This document shows, piece after piece, positions 8,605-15,989 of a DNA stretch of 40,217 bases. The stretch is taken from assembly GCA_021847435.1 (NCBI GenBank), contig JAJZRC010000004.1:1-40217 (forward strand), written 5' to 3'. Each line of letters starts with the position of its first letter. Position 1 is the first letter of the stretch. Position numbers and translations under genes: made by a program. Origin of the DNA: a bacterium (GTDB lineage Bacteria; Patescibacteriota; Doudnabacteria; UBA920). The notes under the pieces are model-generated. The model was not told where the DNA came from and searched no databases. It saw only the letters and a list, made by a program, of their open reading frames with translations.

Positions 8605-9156
8605 ATGAAAAATTGGTCCGCAAAAAATAAAATCATTGTCTTGGCTCTGGTATGGATTGGGCTTATTTTCGGCATGTTTTGGCGGGCTTTTGAGGTGTTA
8701 GACAATCAGAACCAGACAACATTGGACTCCATGTCCCGGCAGCGCAGGGATCTGGCTGTGCTTAAAGCCGAAAAAGCCAGTTATGAAATGGCTAAACAAG
8801 ATTTGGACAAGCTCAGTCAGCAGCAAATCCAGCCAGGAGACCTGTTCAGCCAGGACGTAACGCTGGTCAGAGAAATCGCCACTTTGCAAAACTGGGCCGA
8901 TCGCCTGGGGGTTAAAGTGCAGCTGGGAGGGATCAGCGGAACCGCGGCCACTGCTTCTAAAGCAAAGACCGTTACCCCTTTGGGGGTGATCCCTTACAGC
9001 ATTAATATTTCAGGCGAGTTCAACCAGGTGTTGAGATATTTTGAGGTTTTGGAAAACTTGAGCTTTGTTTCCAATTTAGGCAGCATGGCAATGAACAAGG
9101 CCGAGAGCGGCTCGGTCAATGCGGGGTTAACCGCGAATTTTTACATAAAAAAATAG
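8605..9156 (+). CDS. PilO-like protein
   Basis: N-terminal TM helix, coiled coil and C-terminal ISGEFNQVLRYFEVLE motif; follows pilN. Confidence 0.7.
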   Translation: MKNWSAKNKIIVLALVWIGLIFGMFWRAFEVLDNQNQTTLDSMSRQRRDLAVLKAEKASYEMAKQDLDKLSQQQIQPGDLFSQDVTLVREIATLQNWADRLGVKVQLGGISGTAATASKAKTVTPLGVIPYSINISGEFNQVLRYFEVLENLSFVSNLGSMAMNKAESGSVNAGLTANFYIKK

Positions 9157-9160
9157 TTTT

Positions 9161-9454
9161 ATGCTGGAAAATTTTGCCAAACTAAATTTAATCGCCCTTA
9201 AGAATTATTTTGGCCGGCTGGGCCAGAATTTATCCTGGCTGTTTTTGATCGTATTTGTCGCGGTGTTAGCAATGGAATTTTTTACGCTGAAAAATTCGTG
9301 GAGAATCGTCAGCGAGTCGCGCATTGAACCGCCGTTTGTCGCCAAAGACAAAGGGGTGAGAATAAATTTTGAGAACTACAATTTTGCGGTAAAAAAGATC
9401 GAGGATGGCAGGATTTATGAACCGCCGGAAAGCGCCATACCCAGCCCGTTTTAA
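9161..9454 (+). CDS. Small single-TM protein at the pilP position, ending PSPF
   Basis: Co-oriented 4 nt after pilO, with one hydrophobic helix. Confidence 0.6.
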   Translation: MLENFAKLNLIALKNYFGRLGQNLSWLFLIVFVAVLAMEFFTLKNSWRIVSESRIEPPFVAKDKGVRINFENYNFAVKKIEDGRIYEPPESAIPSPF

Positions 9455-9460
9455 TTTTTA

Positions 9461-9493
9461 AAAACCGCCCTTCAACCAGCTTAGGGCGGTTTT
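9461..9493 (+). terminator. Intrinsic terminator of the pil operon
   Basis: AAAACCGCCCT...AGGGCGGTTTT hairpin. Confidence 0.7.
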
Positions 9494-9625
9494 ATTATGC
9501 AAGTCCGAATGCTCCGCAGCTCGCGGCGGCGATTAGGCCGTTATAAATTGGGCGGCGGAGCCGCATCTCCTCATAAAGCAGTTGCCCTGATACTCCGCAG
9601 CTTGAGCTGCGCAGTCAACTTCATT
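9492..9625. repeat. Degenerate hairpin element, possibly a distant relative of family B
   Basis: Starts TTATTA; contains AATGCTCCGCAGCT and GATACTCCGCAGCTTGAGCTGCG; shares GCAGTCAACT with B4; ends CTTCATT. Confidence 0.35.
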
Positions 9626-9629
9626 TCGG

Positions 9630-9658
9630 TTGGCATGAATGAGAATTTCAGTTATAAT
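9630..9658 (+). promoter_or_regulatory. Sigma70-type promoter for tRNA-Arg
   Basis: TTGGCA-17 nt-TATAAT. Confidence 0.6.
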
Positions 9659-9724
9659 TTACCAGATGCACGCTGCATACCAAGTTTGCAATCTGTCAGT
9701 GCATCGGCCGGGCTTGTCTGACCG

Positions 9725-9801
9725 GACCTCGTAGCTCATTTGGATAGAGCGCTTGGCTTCGAACCAAGAGGCAGCAGGTTCAAATCCTGCCGAGGTCACC
9801 A
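9725..9801 (+). tRNA. tRNA-Arg(UCG)
   Basis: Acceptor stem GACCTCG/CGAGGTC; anticodon arm CTTGG-CTTCGAA-CCAAG; T loop GTTCAAATC; encoded CCA. Confidence 0.96.
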
Positions 9802-9816
9802 GACGAGCCCGGCCTT

Positions 9817-9990
9817 TTTATTAGCGGCGTAGAGCGAGTAAAAGAGTCCTTAAGGACTCTTTTACGAGCCTGAGCCTGCCTGCCCCTGCCGGCAGGGAGC
9901 TGATACAGGTTCAATACCTCGGAGCTCTGCTCCGAAATGACAGATGTCTTTTGCGGTAATACCTCGTCAGCTTGCTGTGAGGAACCTTTA
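9817..9990. mobile_element. Family B hairpin element, copy B1 (right end interrupted by MITE A2)
   Basis: TTTATT-AGCGGCGTAGAGCG...GAGGAACC-TTTA; the terminal TTTATT is completed at 10208-10213 once A2 is removed. Confidence 0.8.
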
Positions 9991-10206
9991 TAGGACTTAC
10001 GCACCGCCGCTTTTTTAGACTGGCAAAGCCAGTTCCCAAAAAGCGGCTCCGGCCAATTTCTTCGTTATTTTCCTGCGGTTTTTATCGGCGTAACCCGGCT
10101 ACGCCTCCAAAAATCCCTGCCTGCCGGCAGGCAGGCTCGGAAAATGCCCTCGTCTCGCTGAAGCTCCGGCGAAGCGGGTTGAACTTGGCTCAGTGCGTAA
10201 GTCCTA
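9991..10206 (+). mobile_element. MITE family A, copy A2 (216 bp)
   Basis: Perfect TAGGACTTACGCAC/GTGCGTAAGTCCTA ends; CTTTA duplicated at 9986-9990 and 10207-10211. Confidence 0.92.
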
Positions 10207-10208
10207 CT

Positions 10209-10847
10209 TTATTTAAATTTAGCATTTGCATTGAGTGCATTTATAACTTCCCGGTCATTCAGCTGGGGAAAATTTTGGTAGTATGCGCTAATTGAACCTA
10301 AAAAAGTTTTTGGGGAAATAACGGTAATCACGTTATTGGCTAGCCTTTGGATTTTTTTAACCGTTTCTAACGGGGCGATTGGCACAGCCGCAATGATGGC
10401 TTTTGGATTTTCGGCCGCCAGGTCCAGAATGGCGGCTTCCATGGTCATTCCCGTAGCCATGCCGTCATCAACAAGGATGCAAATACGGTTTTGTGCGGCT
10501 ATTCTTTTTTTGCCCCGAAGGTATAATTCTCTGCGCCTACGGCTTTCCGTCATTTCAGCTTGTACGACTTGTTCTAACCACGCGCTGTCTAATGTTGACT
10601 TTACTTCCTGTTTCAGTAAAATTTTTCCAGATTCGCTAATTGCTCCAATTGCATATTCGCTGTTTAAGGGGTGGGGGATTTTGCGGGGGATAATAAGGTC
10701 TAAAGGCGCTTTAAGCCTTTGTGAAATTGTTTTTCCCAAAATCACGCCGCCCCGGGGCAATGCAAAAACCACGAGATTATGCCCGCGGAATTTAAGCAGT
10801 TTTTTGCTAAGTTTTATTGCCGCATCTTCACGGTCTTGAAAATACAT
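10209..10847 (-). CDS. Type I phosphoribosyltransferase-family protein
   Basis: FQDREDAA, ALPRGGV, RKI.HP and the PRPP loop ILVDDGMATGMT. Confidence 0.88.
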   Translation of the reverse strand: MYFQDREDAAIKLSKKLLKFRGHNLVVFALPRGGVILGKTISQRLKAPLDLIIPRKIPHPLNSEYAIGAISESGKILLKQEVKSTLDSAWLEQVVQAEMTESRRRRELYLRGKKRIAAQNRICILVDDGMATGMTMEAAILDLAAENPKAIIAAVPIAPLETVKKIQRLANNVITVISPKTFLGSISAYYQNFPQLNDREVINALNANAKFK

Positions 10848-10873
10848 AGTTTTGGCATGTAAAGGTAAGTTCC

Positions 10874-11461
10874 CTAATTGCGGACGTAATTTGAAGGACC
10901 GCGGTGATTATGAATATTAGTTTTTGGAGGCCAGTTAAGCCCGGCCGGAGTCGGATGCATTTCGTGGATCATTGCCGCCACCGCGTAGGGGTCGGAAATA
11001 TCGCTTAGCCTAATTTCTTTGTGTACCCTGAAAGCGTAAACTTTCAAAGTGCCGGTCTTGAACATTTTTCCCCAAAAGCCCTGGTAAATGTCTATGCTTT
11101 TTACGTCTTCCATTTGAAAAACGTCTTCGTGGCTGAAAATTATTCCGCTGCGGACAATAATGGCATCGCTGCGGATAATATAGTATTCCAAAAACCAGCT
11201 GAGAACGACATATAAAATAATCCACCCGAAGATAAGATTTAAAATCAAGGCGGCAAAAAATTGGTAGTTATCCGCATTTGCCCACCTCAATACGGCCTGG
11301 CCGTTGAGGCCGGACACCCATTGGTAAACAGCGGGCACGCGGTTTAATACCAGGTCCGCAATTGTCATAATAAACCATGCAATTCCGCCTTTGAGCAGCA
11401 AAATAGGGATGCTTTTGTGGACCACATACTGCCCTACATTTTGATTCTCCAGTTCGTTCAT
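10874..11461 (-). CDS. Membrane protein with a bacterial PH (bPH_2-like) domain
   Basis: Two TM helices, then Y.I....IIVRSGII...E......VKSIDIYQGFWGKMFKTGTL. Confidence 0.75.
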   Translation of the reverse strand: MNELENQNVGQYVVHKSIPILLLKGGIAWFIMTIADLVLNRVPAVYQWVSGLNGQAVLRWANADNYQFFAALILNLIFGWIILYVVLSWFLEYYIIRSDAIIVRSGIIFSHEDVFQMEDVKSIDIYQGFWGKMFKTGTLKVYAFRVHKEIRLSDISDPYAVAAMIHEMHPTPAGLNWPPKTNIHNHRGPSNYVRN

Positions 11462-11473
11462 ATATTTGCCGTT

Positions 11474-11647
11474 TTTATTAGCGGCGTAGAGCGAGCAAAA
11501 GAGTCCTTAAGGACTCTTTTACGAGCCTGAGCCTGCCTGCCTGCCGGCAGGGAGCTGATACAGGTTCAATACCTCGGAGCTCTGCTCCGAAATGACAGAT
11601 GTCTCTTGCGGTAATACCTCGCCAGCTTGCCGCGAGGAACCTTTATT
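11474..11647. mobile_element. Family B hairpin element, copy B2
   Basis: Near-identical to B1 and B3; TTTATT at 11474-11479 and 11642-11647. Confidence 0.82.
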
Positions 11648-11672
11648 CAAAAAGCGCCGCGCCAATCCTTAA

Positions 11673-12050
11673 CTAAATTGCGTGGTGATGAGCGCCTCCA
11701 GGGTTTTGGATTTCGTATTCAAACCAAGGAGCCAGCAGGATGGCGGCATAACCTAGCCAATAGGACCAAATGCCAAAGATGCCGGAATTAAGCTGTCGGC
11801 TAAAAATTACGTCCAGGATTATGCCGATAGCAGCCCATAAAAACCCGTAGCCGAAAGCTTGGCCGGCACTGGTTGGTTTCGCGCCCACCGCAAAACTGAA
11901 AGCCAGTACGCCCGCAACCACTGCTAAAATCAAGACAGACCATGTCGAAAGCGGAATATTCAGGCCTACGAGCACCGCAGCTGCCACGAACATAATCAGC
12001 CACAAAAACACCCCAAATCCAAAGCCCTTTGCCCAAGAAAAGTTATTCAT
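11673..12050 (-). CDS. Hypothetical four-TM membrane protein
   Basis: 125-aa ORF with four hydrophobic segments; AAGGA upstream. Confidence 0.75.
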   Translation of the reverse strand: MNNFSWAKGFGFGVFLWLIMFVAAAVLVGLNIPLSTWSVLILAVVAGVLAFSFAVGAKPTSAGQAFGYGFLWAAIGIILDVIFSRQLNSGIFGIWSYWLGYAAILLAPWFEYEIQNPGGAHHHAI

Positions 12051-12139
12051 AAGATTGTTCCTTTATAAGTTTTATTTGCCGACCTTTTATTTACAATGAG
12101 CCCAAATGCGCGGCGCTTTTACTCGCGCGGTTGTTTAGG

Positions 12140-12313
12140 TTTATTAGCGGCGTAGAGCGAGCAAAAGAGTCCTTAAGGACTCTTTTGCGAGCCTGAGCAT
12201 CCCTGCCGGCAGGCAGGGAGCTAATACAGGTTCAACACCTCGGAGCTCTGTACCGAAATGACAGATGTCTCTTGCGGTAATACCTCGTCAGCTTGCTGCG
12301 AGGAACCTTTATT
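12140..12313. mobile_element. Family B hairpin element, copy B3
   Basis: TTTATT at 12140-12145 and 12308-12313; same internal palindromes as B1 and B2. Confidence 0.82.
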
Positions 12314-12338
12314 GCCCTTACTTTAAACAAAAAATATT

Positions 12339-12530
12339 CTATTGTACTTTATTTATATACCCGGGCGGAATTTTTACAATCATTTCGGCATCTTGCGCTT
12401 GTTTTGACAGATGGCGCATTTTTTCGCGCAAGGAATCAATAAGCTGTTTGTTTGACTGGAATTTATCATCAAAAACACGCCGCTGTTGAATGAATAAAAA
12501 AAACGACGGCAAAACCGTCGTCAATTCCAA
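12339..12530 (-). CDS. Hypothetical small protein
   Basis: 63-aa TTG-start ORF 7 nt downstream of the trmB-like gene; no recognisable motif. Confidence 0.3.
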   Translation of the reverse strand: MELTTVLPSFFLFIQQRRVFDDKFQSNKQLIDSLREKMRHLSKQAQDAEMIVKIPPGYINKVQ

Positions 12531-12537
12531 TATGCGG

Positions 12538-13278
12538 CTATCTATGTGAACTCAATTGCCATAGAGAGTCGAAAAGCAGGGCTTGGGTTTGTGATAAATA
12601 CGGGTCAGCCATAATTGCTCCCGAAGGTACTTTACCGGCGAAAGCCATAAAAGCAATTTTATCGGAATAAATAAACTGGCATGCGGATTTTAAAGATAAA
12701 GTTTGAGGAATAAATCGGACGTGGCGCAGCGGACGAGGATATTTTCGCAGCATGGCAACCGCAATGGCGGTCTTAGGGCAAATAATACGGCACTCAAGGA
12801 AATATTCATCCAAATTGCCTAAAAAGTCAAAAATTGCCCGTTTGCCCAGACCTTCCAAAAAATCATCCCAGCAGACAATGGCGCTTAAGTGGTGTTTTGT
12901 TTCTATAATGTCTGCTAGGATGTTTTTTACTTCAGCGGGGCCAGTAAAGCAGCTGACTGTTGTAGCGGCAGATGTTTTGCGTTTAAGCTGATGCAAAATA
13001 GGCAGGGCGGGTTTCAACATCTCTTCCCGTTTTTTGAGCGAAGCCATTAGGCTGTCCGGGTTTTGCGCGACCCAGTATTTTTTCCCCCGCTTGAGATAAT
13101 AGTTCATTAGCCCTTGCCTGTGCATGGCTTGAAGCAGCTCTGTCGCCGTGGTCCGGGGGTAATCAACCCGTTCCGCGATTTCGGAGACTAAAGCTTCGCC
13201 CATTTTCAAAGACGCCAGGTAGATTTTAGCCTGGTTTTTAGGGTAACCGAGCTGTTCAATGATATTTTGGATGCGCAT
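12538..13278 (-). CDS. TrmB-family transcriptional regulator
   Basis: N-terminal wHTH (LGY..NQAKIYLASL..G....EIA.....RTT); C-terminal FIYSDKIAF. Confidence 0.85.
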   Translation of the reverse strand: MRIQNIIEQLGYPKNQAKIYLASLKMGEALVSEIAERVDYPRTTATELLQAMHRQGLMNYYLKRGKKYWVAQNPDSLMASLKKREEMLKPALPILHQLKRKTSAATTVSCFTGPAEVKNILADIIETKHHLSAIVCWDDFLEGLGKRAIFDFLGNLDEYFLECRIICPKTAIAVAMLRKYPRPLRHVRFIPQTLSLKSACQFIYSDKIAFMAFAGKVPSGAIMADPYLSQTQALLFDSLWQLSSHR

Positions 13279-13575
13279 AAATCCCTATTTAAATAATAGC
13301 ATAAAATACCGGCATGAGCTGTTTTTTAATTAAAGAGCTGATAGCCGACCCATATAAAATGCCAAAACAGTTTCCACCAGGCAAGCTGATGGAAACTGTT
13401 TTGGTGGGCTCCCGTGGGGCTTGTCGCCTCGGCTGCCTGCTGGCAGCCTCGTTGTCCGGGGTTGCGGCAATGCTGCGCCAGCTCGCCTTACCGATCGCTC
13501 GATTGCGGCTTTGGCTGCAGCAAAAGCCTGACCTCGCTTTAACCCGTTCGAGCCCCGCAAGCGCAATTTGCAAAT

Positions 13576-13612
13576 AAAAAAACGCATTGCCAAGTAGGAC
13601 AATGTGTTTTTT
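13576..13612 (-). terminator. Bidirectional-looking terminator downstream of tRNA-Lys
   Basis: AAAAAAACGCATTG...CAATGTGTTTTTTT. Confidence 0.6.
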
Positions 13613-13688
13613 TGGTGGGCTGGGTGGGGCTCGAACCCACGCGCTTTCGCTTAAGAGGCGACTGCTCTGCCAGCTGAGCTACCAGCCC
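13613..13688 (-). tRNA. tRNA-Lys(CUU)
   Basis: Minus strand reads GGGCTGG...CCAGCCC-A-CCA; anticodon loop CTCTTAA; T loop GTTCGAGC. Confidence 0.95.
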
Positions 13689-13849
13689 GTTTTTCGCGAA
13701 CACTTCGCAAGGCAAGACTCCAAAAAATTGCATTCAGGCAAATTTCCCGTCTCGCCCTCCGCAGTTTTGGCAAAGGAGGGAGCCGCAGGCCCTATTGTTT
13801 AATCACTTGTGATATTTTATAATAAATTAGCATTTTATTCAAGCCCCCT

Positions 13850-14830
13850 ATGATTTTTCTTTATTTGGGTCCGGATGAATTTTCCAAAGCGCAAAAGGCG
13901 GAGAAGGCCGCGGCCGCATTGGGCAGCCGACCGGTTTTTTTTGGCGAAGGCGAGGAAATTCCCGAGCCGGCCGTTTTAGCAGGCCAGGACTTGTTCTCCC
14001 AAGACAAAGTTTTTGTGCTGAAAAACATGTTTGGAAAATTCCTGGCCGACAATGCCTGGCAGCGGCTCATGGGGACAAGAAACCTGATATTTTTTTTGGA
14101 AGAAAAATTGGATAAGCGGCTGGCCCAGGCCAAAGCCGTACTGAAAGACGAACGCATAGCCAAAGAGGAGTTCGCGTTGCCCCACGGCCAGGAATTGGAC
14201 AACTGGCTGATGGTCCGGGCAGGGGAGCTGGGAGCGAGTCTCGGCCGGGAGGCGGCCGCAGAGCTGGCCCGAAGGCTTGGCCGCGACCTGTCTCGCGAAA
14301 CAAAGGCGGGCGGCAAAATTGTGGCCGTGGATGAAGTTTATAACCTGTGGCAGGCTGGCGCCGAGATCCAAAAACTCGCGGCTTACGCCGCCGGAAAGGC
14401 CATTACCGCAGCCGATGTGGGGGAGTTAGTGCCGGAAAACGGCGAGGTAGACGTTTTTGATCTGACCAATGCCATAGCAGAAAATAAAAAGCAATTGGCG
14501 CTGTCGCTGCTGCATAAATTTTTGGCGCTTCAGACCGGGTCGGAGGAAAAAGCCGCAGCAATCCAGCTGAACGCTTTACTGGCTGAACAGTTTCGGAATG
14601 TTTTAATGGTCCAGGATTTTATGGATGCAAATAAGAGCGAAACTGAAATTTTGGAATTAACCGGATGGAAATCGGGGCGGGTATTCGTAATGAAGAAGAT
14701 TGCAGGCAGGTTTGCCGCTGAAAAGGTCAGGGATTTTTTAGGCAAATTAAAGGCGCTGGACGAGGAGCTGAAAACCGGCTCGGTCCCTCCCAAAGTCCTG
14801 CTGGATCTAATCACGGTACAGCTCTTGTGA
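13850..14830 (+). CDS. holA: DNA polymerase III delta subunit
   Basis: MIFLYLGPDEF, DLFS, LDKR, EIQKLAAY, VFDLTNAI and C-terminal DEELKTG. Confidence 0.82.
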   Translation: MIFLYLGPDEFSKAQKAEKAAAALGSRPVFFGEGEEIPEPAVLAGQDLFSQDKVFVLKNMFGKFLADNAWQRLMGTRNLIFFLEEKLDKRLAQAKAVLKDERIAKEEFALPHGQELDNWLMVRAGELGASLGREAAAELARRLGRDLSRETKAGGKIVAVDEVYNLWQAGAEIQKLAAYAAGKAITAADVGELVPENGEVDVFDLTNAIAENKKQLALSLLHKFLALQTGSEEKAAAIQLNALLAEQFRNVLMVQDFMDANKSETEILELTGWKSGRVFVMKKIAGRFAAEKVRDFLGKLKALDEELKTGSVPPKVLLDLITVQLL

Positions 14831-14892
14831 CTTCGTGATATAATAAGGGCGTATTAATAAAAGCCCGTTCATGGGCCGCAGGAGAAAATAAA

Positions 14893-15693
14893 ATGAGCAA
14901 AAAATTAGCAGCGTCATTAATATCGCTGGTTATGGTGGTTTTAGCGGCACCGTCTTTGGCCGCAACCTCAAGCCAAACTTCCTTAACCGAGCGGCAGAAA
15001 CAGGAGATGGAGCAAAAACGGGAGGCTTTGAAGCAGAAGGCGGAAGCATTAAAGGCGCAGAAAGAACAGTACCGAGAAGCGTATAAGCAGTGCTTGGAAC
15101 AAAATACGAAGGCGCGCGAAGCCTATCGGGAAAGCTTGAAAGAAAATTATCAGGCTTATACTGAAACCGCAAAGCAGGCGCGCGAAGCCTATCGGGAAGG
15201 AGGTAAACAAAATCAGGAGACGTATCTAAAAGAGATTAAGGCTGCCAAGGAGGCGCGCAATGCCGCGGTTAAGGCTGCCCAAGAGAAATACAAGACCGAT
15301 ACCGCAGCCGCCAAAACCGCCCGTGACGGCGCGCTGCAAACAATAAAGGCCAGCATTGCTTCCACAACTCCGGCTACCACGACCTTAGCCCAGATCAGGG
15401 CCGTAAAAGATACATACAATACAGCGGTGAAAAAGTCCCAAAGCGACAGGCGGGCTGCTATAAAAAAAGCCAATGACGACTATAAAGCTGCGGTTAAGGC
15501 GGCTATAGAAAAGCGCAAGAGCGCCAACCAGACAGCGCTTGATACCCGCAATACCGCGCTGAAAAATTCCGCCGACGCGAGGAAGGCGGCTAATCAGACC
15601 GCATTGGCGGCGCGCGGCGGAAAAATCCAAAAATGCGCCCTTAAGCCAGCGGCTGCCGCAACGGGAACAGCAACGAATTCAGCGGGGCAATAA
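14893..15693 (+). CDS. Secreted Ala/Lys-rich long alpha-helical repeat protein
   Basis: Signal peptide (APSLA-A), AGGAG SD, 11/22-residue periodicity and two Cys. Confidence 0.8.
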   Translation: MSKKLAASLISLVMVVLAAPSLAATSSQTSLTERQKQEMEQKREALKQKAEALKAQKEQYREAYKQCLEQNTKAREAYRESLKENYQAYTETAKQAREAYREGGKQNQETYLKEIKAAKEARNAAVKAAQEKYKTDTAAAKTARDGALQTIKASIASTTPATTTLAQIRAVKDTYNTAVKKSQSDRRAAIKKANDDYKAAVKAAIEKRKSANQTALDTRNTALKNSADARKAANQTALAARGGKIQKCALKPAAAATGTATNSAGQ

Positions 15694-15702
15694 AGTTTTT
15701 AT

Positions 15703-15866
15703 TAGGACTTATGCTCTTGCCGCTCTAGACCCGGCGGAGCCGGGTCCGCAAGCGGCTTTGGCCAATTTCTTCGTTATTTTCCTGCGGTTTTTATCGGCGT
15801 AACCCGGCTACGCCTCCAAAAATCCTCGGAAAATGCCTCAAATTTGGCTCAAAAGCGTAAGTCCTA
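15703..15866 (+). mobile_element. MITE family A, copy A3 (164 bp, no inserts)
   Basis: TAGGACTTATGCT...AGCGTAAGTCCTA; TTTAT duplicated at 15698-15702 and 15867-15871. Confidence 0.9.
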
Positions 15867-15875
15867 TTTATGTTA

Positions 15876-15909
15876 AAAAGGCCATACCGGATTGCCGGCG
15901 CGGCCTTTT
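15876..15909. terminator. Terminator-like hairpin
   Basis: AAAAGGCC...GGCCTTTT with an inner CCGG/CCGG stem. Confidence 0.5.
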
Positions 15910-15941
15910 AATTGTGCAATTACATATTAAATTACGTAATT

Positions 15942-15981
15942 AAAAAAACCCCGCCCTGAGCTTGTCGAAGGGCGGGGTTTT
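15942..15981 (-). terminator. typA terminator whose apex is the micro-palindrome CCCTGAGCTTGTCGAAGGG
   Basis: AAAACCCCGCCC...GGGCGGGGTTTT; T7 tract on the minus strand. Confidence 0.7.
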
Positions 15982-15989
15982 GGGAGCAA

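Noticed and set aside
9845-9858. AGTCCTTAAGGACT in family B as a circle junction of MITE A ends (AGTCCTATAGGACT)
   Set aside because: Only 6 bp per arm match and the similarity stops there; any palindrome doubles a chance match.
9817-12313. CRISPR array interpretation of the recurring palindromic repeats
   Set aside because: Units are ~174 bp and separated by whole genes; there are no 25-45-bp repeats with regular spacers and no cas genes.
13289-13602. Overlapping 87-94-aa ORFs between the trmB-like gene and tRNA-Lys
   Set aside because: No recognisable motif and the coding frame cannot be chosen; a small + strand gene ending at 13577 remains possible.
9725-13688. Integrated prophage/ICE between the two tRNAs
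   Set aside because: No integrase and no duplicated tRNA 3' end (att site) seen.
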